Positions 1-12,292 of a DNA stretch of 64,000 bases are shown here, piece after piece. This stretch comes from Eledone cirrhosa (taxonomy: Eukaryota), in the NCBI GenBank assembly GCA_964016885.1, contig OZ024764.1, positions 26,288,001 to 26,352,000 of the forward strand, written 5' to 3'. The translations under genes and the position numbers were made by a program. Position 1 is the first letter of the stretch; the number at the start of each line of letters is the position of its first letter. Under the pieces are notes generated by a model. The model ran no database searches. It was not told the DNA's origin and saw nothing but the letters and a program-made list of their open reading frames with translations.

Positions 1-677
1 TTAGTGTGGTGGATTGGCAGTATTGGTAGAGGGTCGGACACCATGTTAGTGTGGTGGATTGGCAGTATTGGTAGAGGGTCGGACACCATGTTAGTGTGGT
101 GGATTGGCAGTATTGGTAGAGGGTCGGACACCATGGTAGGGTGGTGGATTGGCAGTATCGGTAGAGGGTCGGACGCCATGCTAGGGCGGTGGATTGGCAG
201 TATTGGTAGAGGGTCGGACGCCATGCTAGGGCGGTGGATTGGTAGTATCGGTAGAGGGTCGGACGCCATGCTAGGGCGGTGGATTGGCAGTATTGGTAGA
301 GGGTCGGACACCATGATAGGGTGGTGGATTGGCAGTATCGGTAGAGGGTCGGACGCCATGCTAGGGTGGTGGATTGGCAGTATCGGTAGAGGGTCGGACG
401 CCATGCTAGGGTGGTGGATTGGTAGTATCGGTAGAGGGTCGGACGCCATGCTAGGGCGGTGGATTGGCAGTATCGGTAGAGGGTCGGACGCCATGCTAGG
501 GCGGTGGATTGGCAGTATTGGTAGAGGGTCGGACACCATGTTAGGGTGGTGGATTGGCAGTATCGGTAGAGGGTCGGACGCCATGCTAGGGTGGTGGATT
601 GGCAGTATTGGTAGAGGGTCGGACGCCATGCTAGGGCGGTGGATTGGCAGTATTGGTAGAGGGTTGGACGCCATGCT
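1..677 (+). repeat. 45-bp minisatellite (~15 copies) made of the 5' head of SINE family A
   Basis: Unit tagggcggtggattggcagtatcggtagagggtcggacgccatgc equals the first 45 nt of SINE-A copies at 45984 and 61648. Confidence 0.9.
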
Positions 678-843
678 TTGCAGCGTAGAGTTACGGCCCT
701 TTACGGTCTGAGTTCAAATCCCGCCGAAGTTAACTTTGCCTCTAATCCTTACGGGGAGGGAGGGGGGGTCGATAAAATATAAAGTACCAGTAATGCACTG
801 GGTTAAATTGCTGGCCTTGTGCCAAATGTAGGAACAATTATTA
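633..843 (+). mobile_element. tRNA-derived SINE family A (A box, GAGTTCAAATC B box, gcctttcatccttacggggtcgataaaataaagtacc core, aattatt end)
   Basis: More than 12 dispersed copies in the window. Confidence 0.85.
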
Positions 844-849
844 CAAACT

Positions 850-1298
850 GTCGGTAGAAGGTCGGACACCATGCTTTGAAAATGGTAGAAGGTCGGACAC
901 CATGCTTTGATAGCGGTAGAAGGTCGGACACAAAGCTTTGAAAACGGTAGAAGGTCGGACACAAAGCTTTGAAAACGGTAGAAGGTCGGACACAAAGCTT
1001 TGAAAACGGTAGAAGGTCGGACACAAAGCTTTGAAAACGGTAGAAGGTCGGACACAAAGCTTTGAAAACGGTAGAAGGTCGGACACAAAGCTTTGAAAAC
1101 GGTAGAAGGTCGGACGCCATGCTTTGAAGCATAGAGTTACGGCCCTTTACGATCTGAGTTCAAATCCCGCCGAGCTTAACTTTGCCTTTCATCCTTACGG
1201 GGAGGAGGTGGGGGGGGGGGGGTCGATAAAATAAAGTACCAGTAATACACTGGAGGGGATAAATGCTGGCCTTGTGCCAAAAGTAGAAACAATTATTA
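850..1298 (+). repeat. 31-bp minisatellite from the SINE-A inter-box segment, running into a SINE-A body
   Basis: Unit gctttgaaaacggtagaaggtcggacacaaa, about 8 copies. Confidence 0.85.
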
Positions 1299-1326
1299 TA
1301 GTTGTTGTTGTGTTGTTTCGCTGCAG

Positions 1327-1463
1327 GTGACCCCTCCACTCGGTATTATCTGCACCGTTCTCATCATCTTTGTCCTGTGTGAACCTGAGAGGGGCTCCAG
1401 TGAGGGTGGTACACAGCTCAGGAACACCTCCTACATCACAGATGTTAAGGCCCTGCTGAGAAA
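1327..1463 (+). CDS. SPNS1: Spinster/SPNS MFS transporter, internal exon ([23 protein letters not shown]...DVKALLR[N])
   Basis: cag|GTG acceptor and AA|gtaagt donor. Translation matches the spinster VTP-LG...EP-RG...DL-AL-RN segment. Phase 2 joins the 3570 exon. Confidence 0.9.
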
Positions 1464-1513
1464 GTAAGTCACTCCCACCTTCTCATCATCATCATATATA
1501 TGTATATATATAC

Positions 1514-1553
<40 letters not shown>

Positions 1554-1558
1554 ATATG

Positions 1559-1591
<33 letters not shown>

Positions 1592-1599
1592 ATATATAC

Positions 1600-1635
<36 letters not shown>

Positions 1636-1640
1636 ATATG

Positions 1641-1717
<77 letters not shown>

Positions 1718-1748
1718 GTATCATCATCATATATATGTATATATATAC

Positions 1749-1784
<36 letters not shown>

Positions 1785-1790
1785 ATATGA

Positions 1791-1828
<38 letters not shown>

Positions 1829-1902
1829 ATACATATATATATATATATATATATATGTATATGTATATATATATGTATATATATATATATATATGATGAT
1901 AC

Positions 1903-1933
<31 letters not shown>

Positions 1934-2034
1934 TATATGATGATACATATATATATATATATATACATACATATATATATATATATATACATACATACAT
2001 ATATATATATATACATATATACATACATATATAT

Positions 2035-2363
2035 ATATATAAAATTGAGATAAGCTGAGCAAGTAAAATTCAAACAATTTCTTAAAATAAATAAAAAAAA
2101 TATAATTTAAATATTTACCTAATCCATTTGCTTTTACTGACGGTTTCACCTTGCCGTTCTTGGGACTTCTGTCCTAGGAAAGGAAAATGCTCTCTGATGA
2201 TCCAAACATTTCCATTGGAAGTCCCTAGGATCTCCAATCTTTTGTAAGGTGAAACTGTCGGTAAAAGCAAATGGATTAGGTAAATATTTAAATTATATTT
2301 TTTTATTTATTTTAAGAAATTGTTTGAATTTTACTTGCTCCGCTTACCTCAATTTTATATATA
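2035..2363. mobile_element. Fold-back element, ~118-bp inverted arms, hammerhead-like core in loop
   Basis: 2035-2152 is the reverse complement of 2246-2363. CTGATGA at 2194 and GAAACTGTC at 2251. Flanked by (TA)n. Confidence 0.7.
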
Positions 2364-2399
2364 TCTTCTCTCTTTCTCCTTCCTTTTATAATAATGATA

Positions 2400-3140
2400 A
2401 TAATAATAATAATAATGAAATTATTGTGTAAAGTGCTCAGGTGCACCACAACTTGTCAATATAGTACATAGAATAATACACAAATGTCAGGGAAGTACAT
2501 GTGTGTATGTGTTAGCTGTAGTGTTGGCGGATCTCGGGAAGCATGGAGGCTTTAAAGGATGCAGTGTCTCGACAGCTAACAACTGATGCAGGTAGTTTGT
2601 TCCATGCTTCAGCAACTCTGAGCGTGAAAAAATGTTTCCGAAAGTCATGAGAACTGTGCTGTTTTCTTACTTTGTGGGCATGTCCACGTGTGTTAGACAC
2701 ATGGAAATCAAAAAGGTACTCAGGGTTGTTGTTGGCAACATGGTTAACAATTTTGTGGGTGTTTACCAAGTCAGTTGCCAGGTGTCGGAGCTTCAATGAA
2801 TCCATGCCCAGGGAAGCAAGGCGTTCAGAGTATGATAGATGCCTGATGGAGGGTATTCGCTTGGTTGCACGTCTCTGAACAGTTTCCAGGCGGTCAATGT
2901 CCTGAGCAAGATAGGGGTTCCAGACTGGTGATGCAAATTCTAAGTGTGGTCGCACCATAGCTGTATACAGCCTTAAATAGATATCTGGAGAGCGGCTGAC
3001 AAAGGTCTTGCTGAGTGATGCTAAGACACCCTCGGCCCTCTTGACAATTTTAGAGACGTGCCTCGTCCAACGCAAATCGCTGCTGACCGTAATGCCCAGG
3101 TCACGTTCACAGGAAGACTTCTTGATATTAGTGCTGTGGA
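2400..3140 (-). mobile_element. CR1-type LINE 3' fragment
   Basis: ORF 2512-3075 has RPHLEFASPVWNP, VQRRATK, TRGH and FFTLRVAEAWNKLP motifs, with an (ATT)n tail. Confidence 0.9.
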
Positions 3141-3366
3141 GGGAGTATTTTCTTTTTCTTTTCTCTCTCCCTTACATATCCTCTTCTTCCAACAGTTTAA
3201 TTTAAATAAACCGTTATCTTTTCAACTTTTCGGACACTTATTTGCATACTCTCTCATAACTTTGTATCACCCTCAATAAAATATTATCTCTACTATCCAG
3301 GAAGCTCCAACTGTTAAGGTTGTCTTTTTTCCGAGTATGTCAATATTTATTTATAAAATAAATCTG

Positions 3367-3431
3367 TATTTTATCTGATGAAAGCGCACCATAATTTGTC
3401 TCGGTTGGCCTTGAAATATATATAATAAAAT
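3367..3431 (+). ncRNA. Minimal type-I hammerhead ribozyme motif (family H1)
   Basis: attttat-CTGATGA-aag...ctt-GAAA-tatatata-ataaaat. Homologous to 17080-17145 and 54327-54390. Confidence 0.65.
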
Positions 3432-3569
3432 AAATATGGTTTTATAAATATAGTTTCCATTTATTGTATATATGTATATATATATGTATATATATATACA
3501 TATATCATTTATTAATATATTGTTAATATATATATATATATAGTTATATTTGTATTTATTTATTTACAG

Positions 3570-3698
3570 TAAAAGTTTTCTGTTTTCCACTATTGGGTTC
3601 ACTTGTGTGGCTTTTGTGACCGGTGCCCTAGCACTCTGGGCACCATACTTCATGTCAGATGCCATAAGCGTCCTAGAGGGCACATCAGACACGGCAGC
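3570..3698 (+). CDS. SPNS1: Spinster exon (KSFLFSTIGFTCVAFVTGALALWAPYFMSDAISVLEGTSDTA)
   Basis: ttacag acceptor and gtaagt donor. Contains the spinster hallmark SF--S--GFT-VAFVTG-LALWAP. Confidence 0.93.
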
Positions 3699-3774
3699 GT
3701 AAGTCATACTGTTTATATTTTTTTTCTTTTTGCTCGTTTGATTATTTATTTTCTTTATATATCATCGTCATCAT

Positions 3775-4065
3775 CAACATTTCTAATGAAAGACACTGTT
3801 GGTGTTTGGAACATAACTTAACAAAGGTTCTTACATAAAATTATGATGGAAGGTTTTGAGATAAATATAAACACTTTAACCCTTTCATTACCATATTTCT
3901 AATGGCAGACACTCTTGGTGTTTGGAACATAACTTAACAAAGGTTCTGACATAAAATTATGATGGAAGGTTTTTAGGTAAATATAAACACTTTAACCCTT
4001 TCATTACCATATTTCTAATGAAAGACACTGTTGGTGTTTGGAACATAACTTAACAAAGGTTCTTT
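3775..4065 (+). mobile_element. Tandem (~118 bp) fragments of a TTAACCC-ended MITE family; inverted copy at 37440-37528
   Basis: Repeated ttaaccctttcattaccatatttctaatg...ggaacataacttaacaaaggttc. Confidence 0.6.
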
Positions 4066-4176
4066 GTGGTTTTCACTTAATTTCGAATACAATCGGTAAT
4101 TTGAATAGATTTAGGGTTTGTCTGAAAGTTGGTTCCAAGATGGTACAATTTTAATTCTTAATTCTTTATTTTTCAG

Positions 4177-4372
4177 AGTTAGTTTGAAATTTGGTATCAT
4201 TACATGTGCTGCTGGATTTTTGGGTGTTGCTGTTGGTTCTTTAACAGCCCAATATTACAGAAAGGTGAACCCTAGAGCTGACCCTCTCATATGTGCCAAT
4301 GGGATGTTGCTCTGTACACCTTTTATGTTCTTAGCACTGATTGCTATGCAATATTCTATACCAGCCTCATGG
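4177..4372 (+). CDS. SPNS1: Spinster exon (VSLKFGIITCAAGFLGV...NPRADPLICANG...PASW)
   Basis: tttcag acceptor and gtacgt donor. PRADPL-CA motif, phases consistent. Confidence 0.93.
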
Positions 4373-4499
4373 GTACGTCATGTTCCCTTTTCTTATTGCT
4401 TCTACTATTGTTTTTTTTTTAAATTTCTTCACCTACTTCAGTGGAACTTCATTCACTGTAAAGTGGTCGTGTAGGTATCACGAGAAAAATCTCCCAGTA

Positions 4500-5560
4500 C
4501 CTACATGACCACTTTACAGTGTGGACTGGGTGCTTTTTGTTGTGACACCTACATGACCACTTTACAGTGTGGACTGGGTACTTTTTGTTGTGACACCTAC
4601 ATGACCACTTTACAGTGTGGACTGGCTACTTTTTGTTGTGATACCTACATGACCACTTTACAGTGTGGACTGGGTACTTTTTGTTGTGACACCTACATGA
4701 CCACTTTACAGTGTGGACTGGGTACTTTTTGTTGTGACACCTACATGACCACTTTACAGTGTGGACTGGGTACTTTTTGTTGTGACACCTACATGACCAC
4801 TTTACAGTGTGGACTGGGTGCTTTTTGTTGTGATACCTACATGACCACTTTACAGTGTGGACTGGGTACTTTTTGTTGTGACACCTACATGACCACTTTA
4901 CAGTGTGGACTGGGTACTTTTTGTTGTGATACCTACATGACCACTTTACAGTGTGGACTGGGTGCTTTTTGTTGTGACACCTACATGACCACTTTACAGT
5001 GTGGACTGGGTGCTTTTTGTTGTGATACCTACATGACCACTTTACAGTGTGGACTGGGTGCTTTTTGTTGTGACACTTACATGACCACTTTACAGTGTGG
5101 ACTGGGTGCTTTTTGTTGTGATACTTACATGACCACTTTACAGTGTGGACTGGGTGCTTTTTGTTGTGACACCTACATGACCACTTTACAGTGTGGACTG
5201 GGTGCTTTTTGTTGTGATACCTACATGACCACTTTACAGTGTGGACTGGGTGCTTTTTGTTGTGACACTTACATGACCACTTTACAGTGTGGACTGGGTG
5301 CTTTTTATTGTGATACTTACATGACCACTTTACAGTGTGGACTGGGTGCTTTTTGTTGTGACACCTACATGACCACTTTACAGTGTGGACTGGGTGCTTT
5401 TTGTTGTGATACCTACATGACCACTTTACAGTGTGGACTGGGTGCTTTTTGTTGTGACACCTACATGACCACTTTACAGTGTGGACTGGGTGCTTTTTGT
5501 CATGTCTCCTACACGACCACTTTACAGTGTGGACTGGGTGCTTTTTTGTCATGACACCTA
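4500..5560. repeat. 48-bp minisatellite (~22 copies) derived from the RTE/SINE-B 3' UTR
   Basis: Unit cctacatgaccactttacagtgtggactgggtgctttttgttgtgaca. The same sequence occurs in RTE tails (e.g. 10170-10230). Confidence 0.9.
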
Positions 5561-5662
5561 CTCCTTTCTACTTCTCTTTCTCTCCCTCTCTCTCCAATAT
5601 TAATCCCCTTTCTACTTCTCTCTCTCTCTCTCATTAATATATATATATCCAATATTAACCTC

Positions 5663-5723
<61 letters not shown>

Positions 5724-5782
5724 CAATATTAAACTCTTTTCTCTCTCTCTCCTCAATATTAACCTCCTTTCTCTCTCTCCAG

Positions 5783-5848
5783 GTTTTAATCTTCATTGGT
5801 GAGACGTTGCTCTGCCTCAACTGGGCAATAGTAGCTGATATTTTATTG
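5783..5848 (+). CDS. SPNS1: Spinster exon (VLIFIGETLLCLNWAIVADILL)
   Basis: Pyrimidine tract plus ccag acceptor, gtaaag donor. GETLL-LNWAIVADILL is the spinster signature. Confidence 0.95.
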
Positions 5849-5902
5849 GTAAAGTCACTCTTTATATTTTCATGTTCATTGCAATTGTTCTAACATCTCT
5901 CT

Positions 5903-6200
5903 CTGTGTCTGGTTGTGTGATAGGCTGTGTCTGGTTGTGTGTCAGGCTGTCTGGTTGTGTGATAGGCTGTGTCTGGTTGTGTGATAGGCTGTGTCTGGTT
6001 GTGTGATAGGCTGTGCCTGGTTGTGTGATAGGCTGTGCCTGGTTGTGTGATAGGCTGTGTCTGGTTGTGTCATAGGCTGTGTCTGGTTGTGTGTCAGGTT
6101 GTGTCTGGTTGTGTGATAGGCTGTGTCTGGTTGTGTGATAGGCTGTGTCTGGTTGTGTGATAGGCTGTGCCTGGTTGTGTGATAGGCTGTGTCAGGTTGT
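5903..6200. repeat. 22-bp minisatellite gtgtctggttgtgtgataggct
   Basis: Direct tandem repeats. Confidence 0.9.
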
Positions 6201-6654
6201 GCGTTGTGATGGGTTTGTGTCTGGTTGTTATGGTGCTTCGTTATCTCCTCTGTTAGAGAAAGGGATGGGTTATACTATATTTAAAGAGAGGGGTTTATAC
6301 TATAGAGAAAGGAGGGTTAAAATATATATAGAGAGAAGGGGTTATAATAAAGAGAGAGGAGGTTATAATATAGAGAGAGGAGGTTATAATATAGAGAGAG
6401 GAGGTTATAATATAGAGAAAGAGGGGTTATAATATGGAGAGAGGGGTGTTATAATATAGAGAAAAGAGGGGGTTATAATATATATAGAGAGAGGGTGGGT
6501 GGTTTTAATATATAGAGAAAGGGATGGGTTTATATATAGAGAAAGGGATGGGTTTATATATAGAGAGAGGGCTTTTTAATATATATATATAGAGAGAGAG
6601 GGTCCAGCTAGTCATGATGACGATATTAATGTTTCTATTTTTATTGTGTTGTAG

Positions 6655-6753
6655 TATGTTGTGATCCCAACAAGAAGATCCCTAGCAGAATCATTCCAGA
6701 TTATCATTTCACACTTGTTTGGTGACGCAGGAAGTCCTTACCTCATTGGTATG
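6655..6753 (+). CDS. SPNS1: Spinster exon ([33 protein letters not shown])
   Basis: gtag acceptor and gtcagt donor. YVVIPTRRS...[13 protein letters not shown] signature. Confidence 0.95.
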
Positions 6754-6854
6754 GTCAGTACATCTTTTAATATCTACATGCACCTTTGATGAGTTGTAGT
6801 GTACCCGAGCAGTGTACACAATAATTTCATTATTATTATTGTTGTTATTATTAT

Positions 6855-7650
6855 ATCACCATCAACATCATCATCATCATCATCATCACCATCATCACCA
6901 CCACCATCATCACCACCACCACTATCTCCACCACTGCCACCACTACCAACACCAACACCACCACCACTTTACTCTCCTACTATAACACCACCACCAACAA
7001 CAACAACAACACCACCAACACCACCAACAACACCACCACCACCAACACCACCACCACCAACAACAACAACACCACCAACACCACCAACAACACCACCACC
7101 ACCAACAACACCACCAACAACAACACCACCAACACCACCACCACCACCACCACCAACAACAACACCACCAACACCACCACCAACAACACCACCACCAACA
7201 ACACCACCAACAACACCACCAACAACACCACCACCACCAACAACACCACCAACAACAACACCACCAACACCACCAACACCACCACCACCACCACCACCAA
7301 CAACAACACCATCAACACCACCACCAACAACACCACCAACAACACCACCAACACCAACAACACCACCACCAACAACAACACCACCAACACCACCACACCC
7401 TCCTACTATAACACCACCACCACCACCAACACCAACAACACCACCACTACACAACAACAGCACCACCACCACTACACACCACCACTACACAACATCACCA
7501 CCACCACCACCACTACACAACATCACCACCACCACACCACTATATACCACCACTACACACCACTACACACCACTACACACCACCACCACCACTACACCAC
7601 CACTACACACCACCACCACCACTACACCACCACTACACACCACCACCACT
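6855..7650. repeat. (ACC/AAC)n compound microsatellite
   Basis: Direct inspection. Intronic; explains the spurious Pro/Thr ORF. Confidence 0.9.
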
Positions 7651-7680
7651 TTACTCTTGTTTTCTCTCCACCCTCTACAG

Positions 7681-7864
7681 ATCTCTGACAAGCTGTCATT
7701 GACGTACCCGGAATATATGCAGCACACAGACTTCCTTGAGTTTATCACCCTCAGGTCTGCCCTCTACATCACCTGTTTTGTTTGTGTCCTCGGAGGTGGG
7801 GCCTTCTTCGCTACGGCGCTCTTCGTGGAAAAAGATAAGGAAAGAGTGGACAACCTTGTTAAAG
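7681..7864 (+). CDS. SPNS1: Spinster exon with last TM helix (ISDKLS...FVCVLGGGAFFATALFVEKDKERVDNLVK)
   Basis: ctacag acceptor and G|gttagt phase-1 donor. FV-VLGG--F-ATALF-E-D motif. Confidence 0.93.
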
Positions 7865-7889
7865 GTTAGTTGGACATTTCTTTTATTAC

Positions 7890-7904
7890 AGTTGTTGTTA
7901 TTAC

Positions 7905-7983
<79 letters not shown>

Positions 7984-7997
7984 GCTGTTGTTGTTAC

Positions 7998-8031
<34 letters not shown>

Positions 8032-8165
8032 ACTGTTGTTGTTGTTACTGTTGTTGTTGTTGTTACTGTTGTTGTTACTGTTGTTGTTGTTGCTGTTGTT
8101 GTTACTGTTGTTGTTGCTGTTGTTGTTACTGTTGTTGTTGTTACTGTTGTTGTTGTTGTTAGTGT
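7890..8165. repeat. (GTT)n microsatellite
   Basis: Direct inspection. Confidence 0.95.
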
Positions 8166-8445
8166 TGTTTCAACTCAGTGATCCAATGTTTTACAAAATC
8201 TTGACATAAAAACACACACACATATATATACACACACACACACACACATACATACATACATACATACACGCACACACACACAGACATATACGCGTACACA
8301 CACACATTTGTAGATAGATAGTCTACAGTAGTGGGACCGGGAAAACCTCAAATCAAAGAGTACTCAATACCTGGTACAATGCAGTGTGTGTATATTTGTA
8401 AAAGTAGAGGATTGACTGTCAGCTCGGCTGTTTTGGCTAGTTACC

Positions 8446-8483
<38 letters not shown>

Positions 8484-8486
<3 letters not shown>

Positions 8487-9143
8487 TCATCATCATTTAA
8501 CATCCATCTTCCACGCTTGCATGGGTTTGGACGGTAATTTTCCCACTTGAGGCAAGATTGGTTGTCTTGCTCATATAGGACTGTCTGGCGGGTTTTCTAC
8601 GGCTGGATGCCCTTCCTAACACCAACCACATTTACAGTGTGGACTGGGAGGTTTTTACCGTGTTACCTACATGGCCACATTACAGCGTGGACTGTGTGTT
8701 TTTTTGTCGTGACACCTACACGACCTCATTTGTTTCGGACTGGATGTTGTGGTACCAACATTACATCGAAAGGGGTGGTGTGGATGGGGTGGGTGTGGAT
8801 GGGACGGGTTGTTAGAGATGCCTACTGACTGTAGTAGGTTTCACTTTGTACTTAGGCAAGGCGGGTCTTCTGTATTACTGCGTAGCGGCAAAGATCTCGG
8901 TCCAGTGACATTGTCTTGGAGAGGTGTAAGTGTGTGAGGTCGGAATTTATCAAGTCGTCCCAGGTTTTTCTGGATCTACCTACTCCGTGGCTACCGTCTA
9001 TTTTGATCGCCCTGCACTTTTTTATACAGCTGTCGTCTTTCATGCGCATCACGTGACCATACCAACGTAGTCTTCTCTCGAGTAAGCAGCATCTGATCCC
9101 TCTTATTCCTAATTTCTCACTTAGCTCATTTATGCTATTCTCC
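8484..9143 (-). mobile_element. RTE LINE 3' fragment with (GAT)n tail
   Basis: ERRLRWYGHVMRM...GRSRKTW peptide plus 3' UTR. Confidence 0.88.
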
Positions 9144-9150
9144 ATATATA

Positions 9151-9193
<43 letters not shown>

Positions 9194-9194
9194 G

Positions 9195-9236
<42 letters not shown>

Positions 9237-9579
9237 TATATGGAGAATAGGATTGGCAGTGTAGTTGGTAGTTAAGGTACCTTAAAATGGAGTGAGAGTA
9301 AGAAGAAAGCAGGAATGGGGGGGGGGGGAGATTTCCTCATCAGTTGCCTACTGGGGGTCTCGGAAAAATAAAGGCGAGATGCCTTTACTTATAATGTAAA
9401 TATGTTGCCTGCAGAAAATGCACTCAACAAGACAGTTACATATGATAAACAGACAACTGCTTCTCTACCTCTTCAACCACTTTCTGGCATGCAATTTTGC
9501 GCATATGTATTTGTGTCTATCTGTTTGTGTTTGTAATTCTCTATCTTACATAATGGAAGCTTTCTTCACCCTTTTCTAG

Positions 9580-9675
9580 GGAACTATATAGACGAAGTGG
9601 AAGTATTTTGTCGTCCAGTTAATATTAGCTACAACCGGGCCTATGGCGCCTGCGATAATCTGCCTCACTGGCATG
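9580..9675 (+). CDS. SPNS1: Candidate 96-bp phase1-1 cassette exon of the spinster C-tail (GNYIDEVEVFCRPVNISYNRAYGACDNLPHWH)
   Basis: ttcttcacccttttctag acceptor and G|gtgagt donor. Open in the frame required by the 7864 donor, in unique non-repeat sequence. Confidence 0.6.
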
Positions 9676-9946
9676 GTGAGTTCGTAGTGCTTCGCTCTGT
9701 TGCATACCCCCCCACCCCCTCCCATCACCCACCATCTAATCTGCTATATGTTGGACTACTAATAAGGTATGGGGATATATGCGTGTATGCATGTATATAT
9801 ATATATATATATATATATACACAAATAAAATACAGAGTTACTAACTCATATTGATACCCTGCAATTAACAATTACGGGGTCGATAAAATAAAGTACCAGT
9901 AATACACTGGGGTATTTGCTGGCCTTGTGCCAAAAGTAGAAACAAT

Positions 9947-9979
<33 letters not shown>

Positions 9980-9982
<3 letters not shown>

Positions 9983-10405
9983 TCATCACCGTTTTACGTC
10001 CGTGTATCCACGCTAGCATCGGTTAGACGGGTTGTCCTGTTGTGGGCAGTGTCTGGTCGGCTGACCATGCCTTGCTCATACAGGAACTGATCTGGCTTGA
10101 TTTCTACAGCTGGATGCCCTTCCTAACACCAACCTCATTTACAGTGAGTGCTGGGTGCTTTTTCGTGGCGCCTACACGTCCACTTTACAGTGTGGGCTGG
10201 GTGCTTTTTTGCCGTGGCACCTCCACGACCACCTTGCGGTGGGGGGGGGGGGGGGCATATTGTTTATATGCTTCAGCTTGTACCCATGGGAGGTCGGGTA
10301 CTCTGTATTACTGCGTGACGCCAGAAGTCACGGTCGTGTGTCATCGCCTCTGAGAGGTGTAATAGGGTAAGGTCGGCTTTTATCACCTCATCCCAGGTCA
10401 TCTTG
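9980..10405 (-). mobile_element. RTE LINE 3' end
   Basis: Nearly identical to 51390-51840. Confidence 0.88.
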
Positions 10406-10421
10406 GGTCTCCCCACTCCGC

Positions 10422-10471
<50 letters not shown>

Positions 10472-10475
<4 letters not shown>

Positions 10476-10847
10476 GGAGGTGAGTTTTATTGTAGTACAA
10501 TAAAGCAATGCAGATATCGGATAAGAAGCACTCTACAGTTTGTAGGACTGGAGTATACATAATATAAGATCAAAAGATGGTTAAAGGAGTTCCATGTATT
10601 TTATTATGCGCATTTCAAAAACAAACATCATCATGCAATAATATTTGTGTTTTCATCAGATAAAACAGGAGGACATGATATGAAGGCTGTTGATTTAAAA
10701 CTGCACTATCCACAAGTGTTTTTTTAGCCTTCATATCATGTTCTCCTGTTTTATCTGATGAAAACACAAATATTATTGCATGATGATGTTTGTTTTTGAA
10801 ATGCGCATAATAAAATACATGGAACTCCTTTAACCATCTTTTGATCT

Positions 10848-10853
<6 letters not shown>
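10472..10853 (-). mobile_element. Fold-back hammerhead element: 128-bp inverted arms plus 90-bp tail, in (TA)n
   Basis: 10561-10688 is the reverse complement of 10726-10853. Core gttttat-CTGATGA-aaac...gttttt-GAAA-tgcgcata-ataaaat. Tail hairpin ACTC...GAGTGC. Confidence 0.8.
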
Positions 10854-10869
<16 letters not shown>

Positions 10870-10893
<24 letters not shown>

Positions 10894-11363
10894 TTTCTGA
10901 ATTTGTTTAGCAAGATTCTTTATCTGAAAATGTGTGTTGAAACCGATATTGTTATACTTTGGGAGGGTCATGTTGCCAATAAGAAACACACGCACCAGTT
11001 GCTTTCACTCCAAATTATTATAAATTAAATTATAAATTTCCGGTTGGTTGGTTCCACAGCCGGACGGTTGTTCATATATTGTCAAAGTTCTTTCGTCATC
11101 TTGTTTTTGAAAAAACAAGATGGCGTAGGACAGAACAAAGGAGAGGCACAAAACAAAGAAAAGAAACCCCAGTCGCTGAAGAGGTCACAGAATGTGTGAC
11201 GAAAGAACTTTGACAATATATGAACAACCGTTCGGTTGTGGTACCAACCAACCAACCGGAAATTTATAAAAAAATTTTTTTTAATTTATAATAAATTGGA
11301 GTGAAAGCAACTGGTGCATGTGTTTCTTAATGGCAACATGACCCTCCCAAAGTATAACAATAT
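10870..11363. mobile_element. Fold-back hammerhead element (family H2)
   Basis: 10956-11098 inverted against 11197-11363. Core gtcg-CTGAAGA-ggtcac...gtgac-GAAAgaactt-tgac at 11172-11214. Confidence 0.78.
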
Positions 11364-11371
11364 ATATATAT

Positions 11372-11715
11372 GGAGGCACATGGCTTAATGGTTAGAGCAT
11401 TGGCTTTGCAATCGAAAGGTTGTGAGTTCAATTCTCAGACCGGGTGATGTGTTGTTTCCTTGAGCAAGACACTTTATTTCACATTGCTCCAGTTTACTCA
11501 GCTGTAGAAATGAGATGATAGGGACTGGGGTCCCTATCATTCCACTGCAAAGTGGTCGTGGAGGTGCCACGGCAAAAAAGCACCCAGCACTCACTGTAAA
11601 TGAGGTTGGTGTTAGGAAGGGCATCCGGCTGTAGAAATCGAGCCAGAATCAGTTCCCGTCCCACCCTTGCAAGCAGGGAAAAAGCGGACGTAAAATGAAA
11701 TGATGATGATGATGA
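11372..11715 (+). mobile_element. tRNA-derived SINE family B (A box TGGCTTAGTGG, B box GAGTTCAATTC, CORE-like cttgagcaagacact, RTE-derived 3' tail, (GAT)n)
   Basis: Near-identical copies at 27165(-), 38689, 41865, 50403, 54769 and 55817. The tail is shared with RTE 3' ends. Confidence 0.9.
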
Positions 11716-12292
11716 TATATATATATATATACACTGTGTGTGTGTGTAGATATGTGCTTGTATGAGTATAGAACTACCCTGCTCCCTCTGCAGACTTGCT
11801 GCTTGTTTCGAGTGTATTTAATACACTAACACATATAACAATGTAAATGACAATAGTAACAACTGCTGCTGCTACCACCACCACCACCACTACTACTACT
11901 ACTACTACCACTACTACTACTAATAATAATAATAATAATTGTTTCTACTTTTGGCACAAGGCTAGCAATTTTAAGGGAGGGGAAAGTGGATTAAATCAGC
12001 CCCACTGTGTTACTGGTACTTTATTTTATCGACCCTGTAAAGATAAAAGGCTTACATGACCACTTTACAGTGAGTACTGGGTACTTTTTGTTGTGACACC
12101 TACATGACCACTTTACAGTGTAGACTGGGTACTTTTTGTTGTGACACCTACATGACCACTTTACAGTATTTCAGCCTGTCCTCATGAGAGATGTAAGGGA
12201 GGGTGGATGATGTGGTGCATACCGTATATAAGATTCAGCTTTGGCCTGTGCCCGTGAGAAGTCGGGTCTTCCTATATATATATGTAAATATA

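Noticed and set aside
4505-5554. Regular 48-bp array (and the 45-bp and 30/33-bp arrays) as CRISPR arrays or repeat proteins
   Set aside because: No unique spacers and no cas genes in a eukaryotic intronic context. The 45-bp and 48-bp units derive from SINE/RTE sequence; the 30/33-bp array is a plain minisatellite.
6799-7680. Extensin-like Pro/Thr ORF fused to the spinster exon
   Set aside because: A clear acceptor at 7680 shows the upstream part is intronic microsatellite.
11372-11445. tRNA gene
   Set aside because: A and B boxes are present, but it is the head of a multi-copy SINE without a complete cloverleaf.
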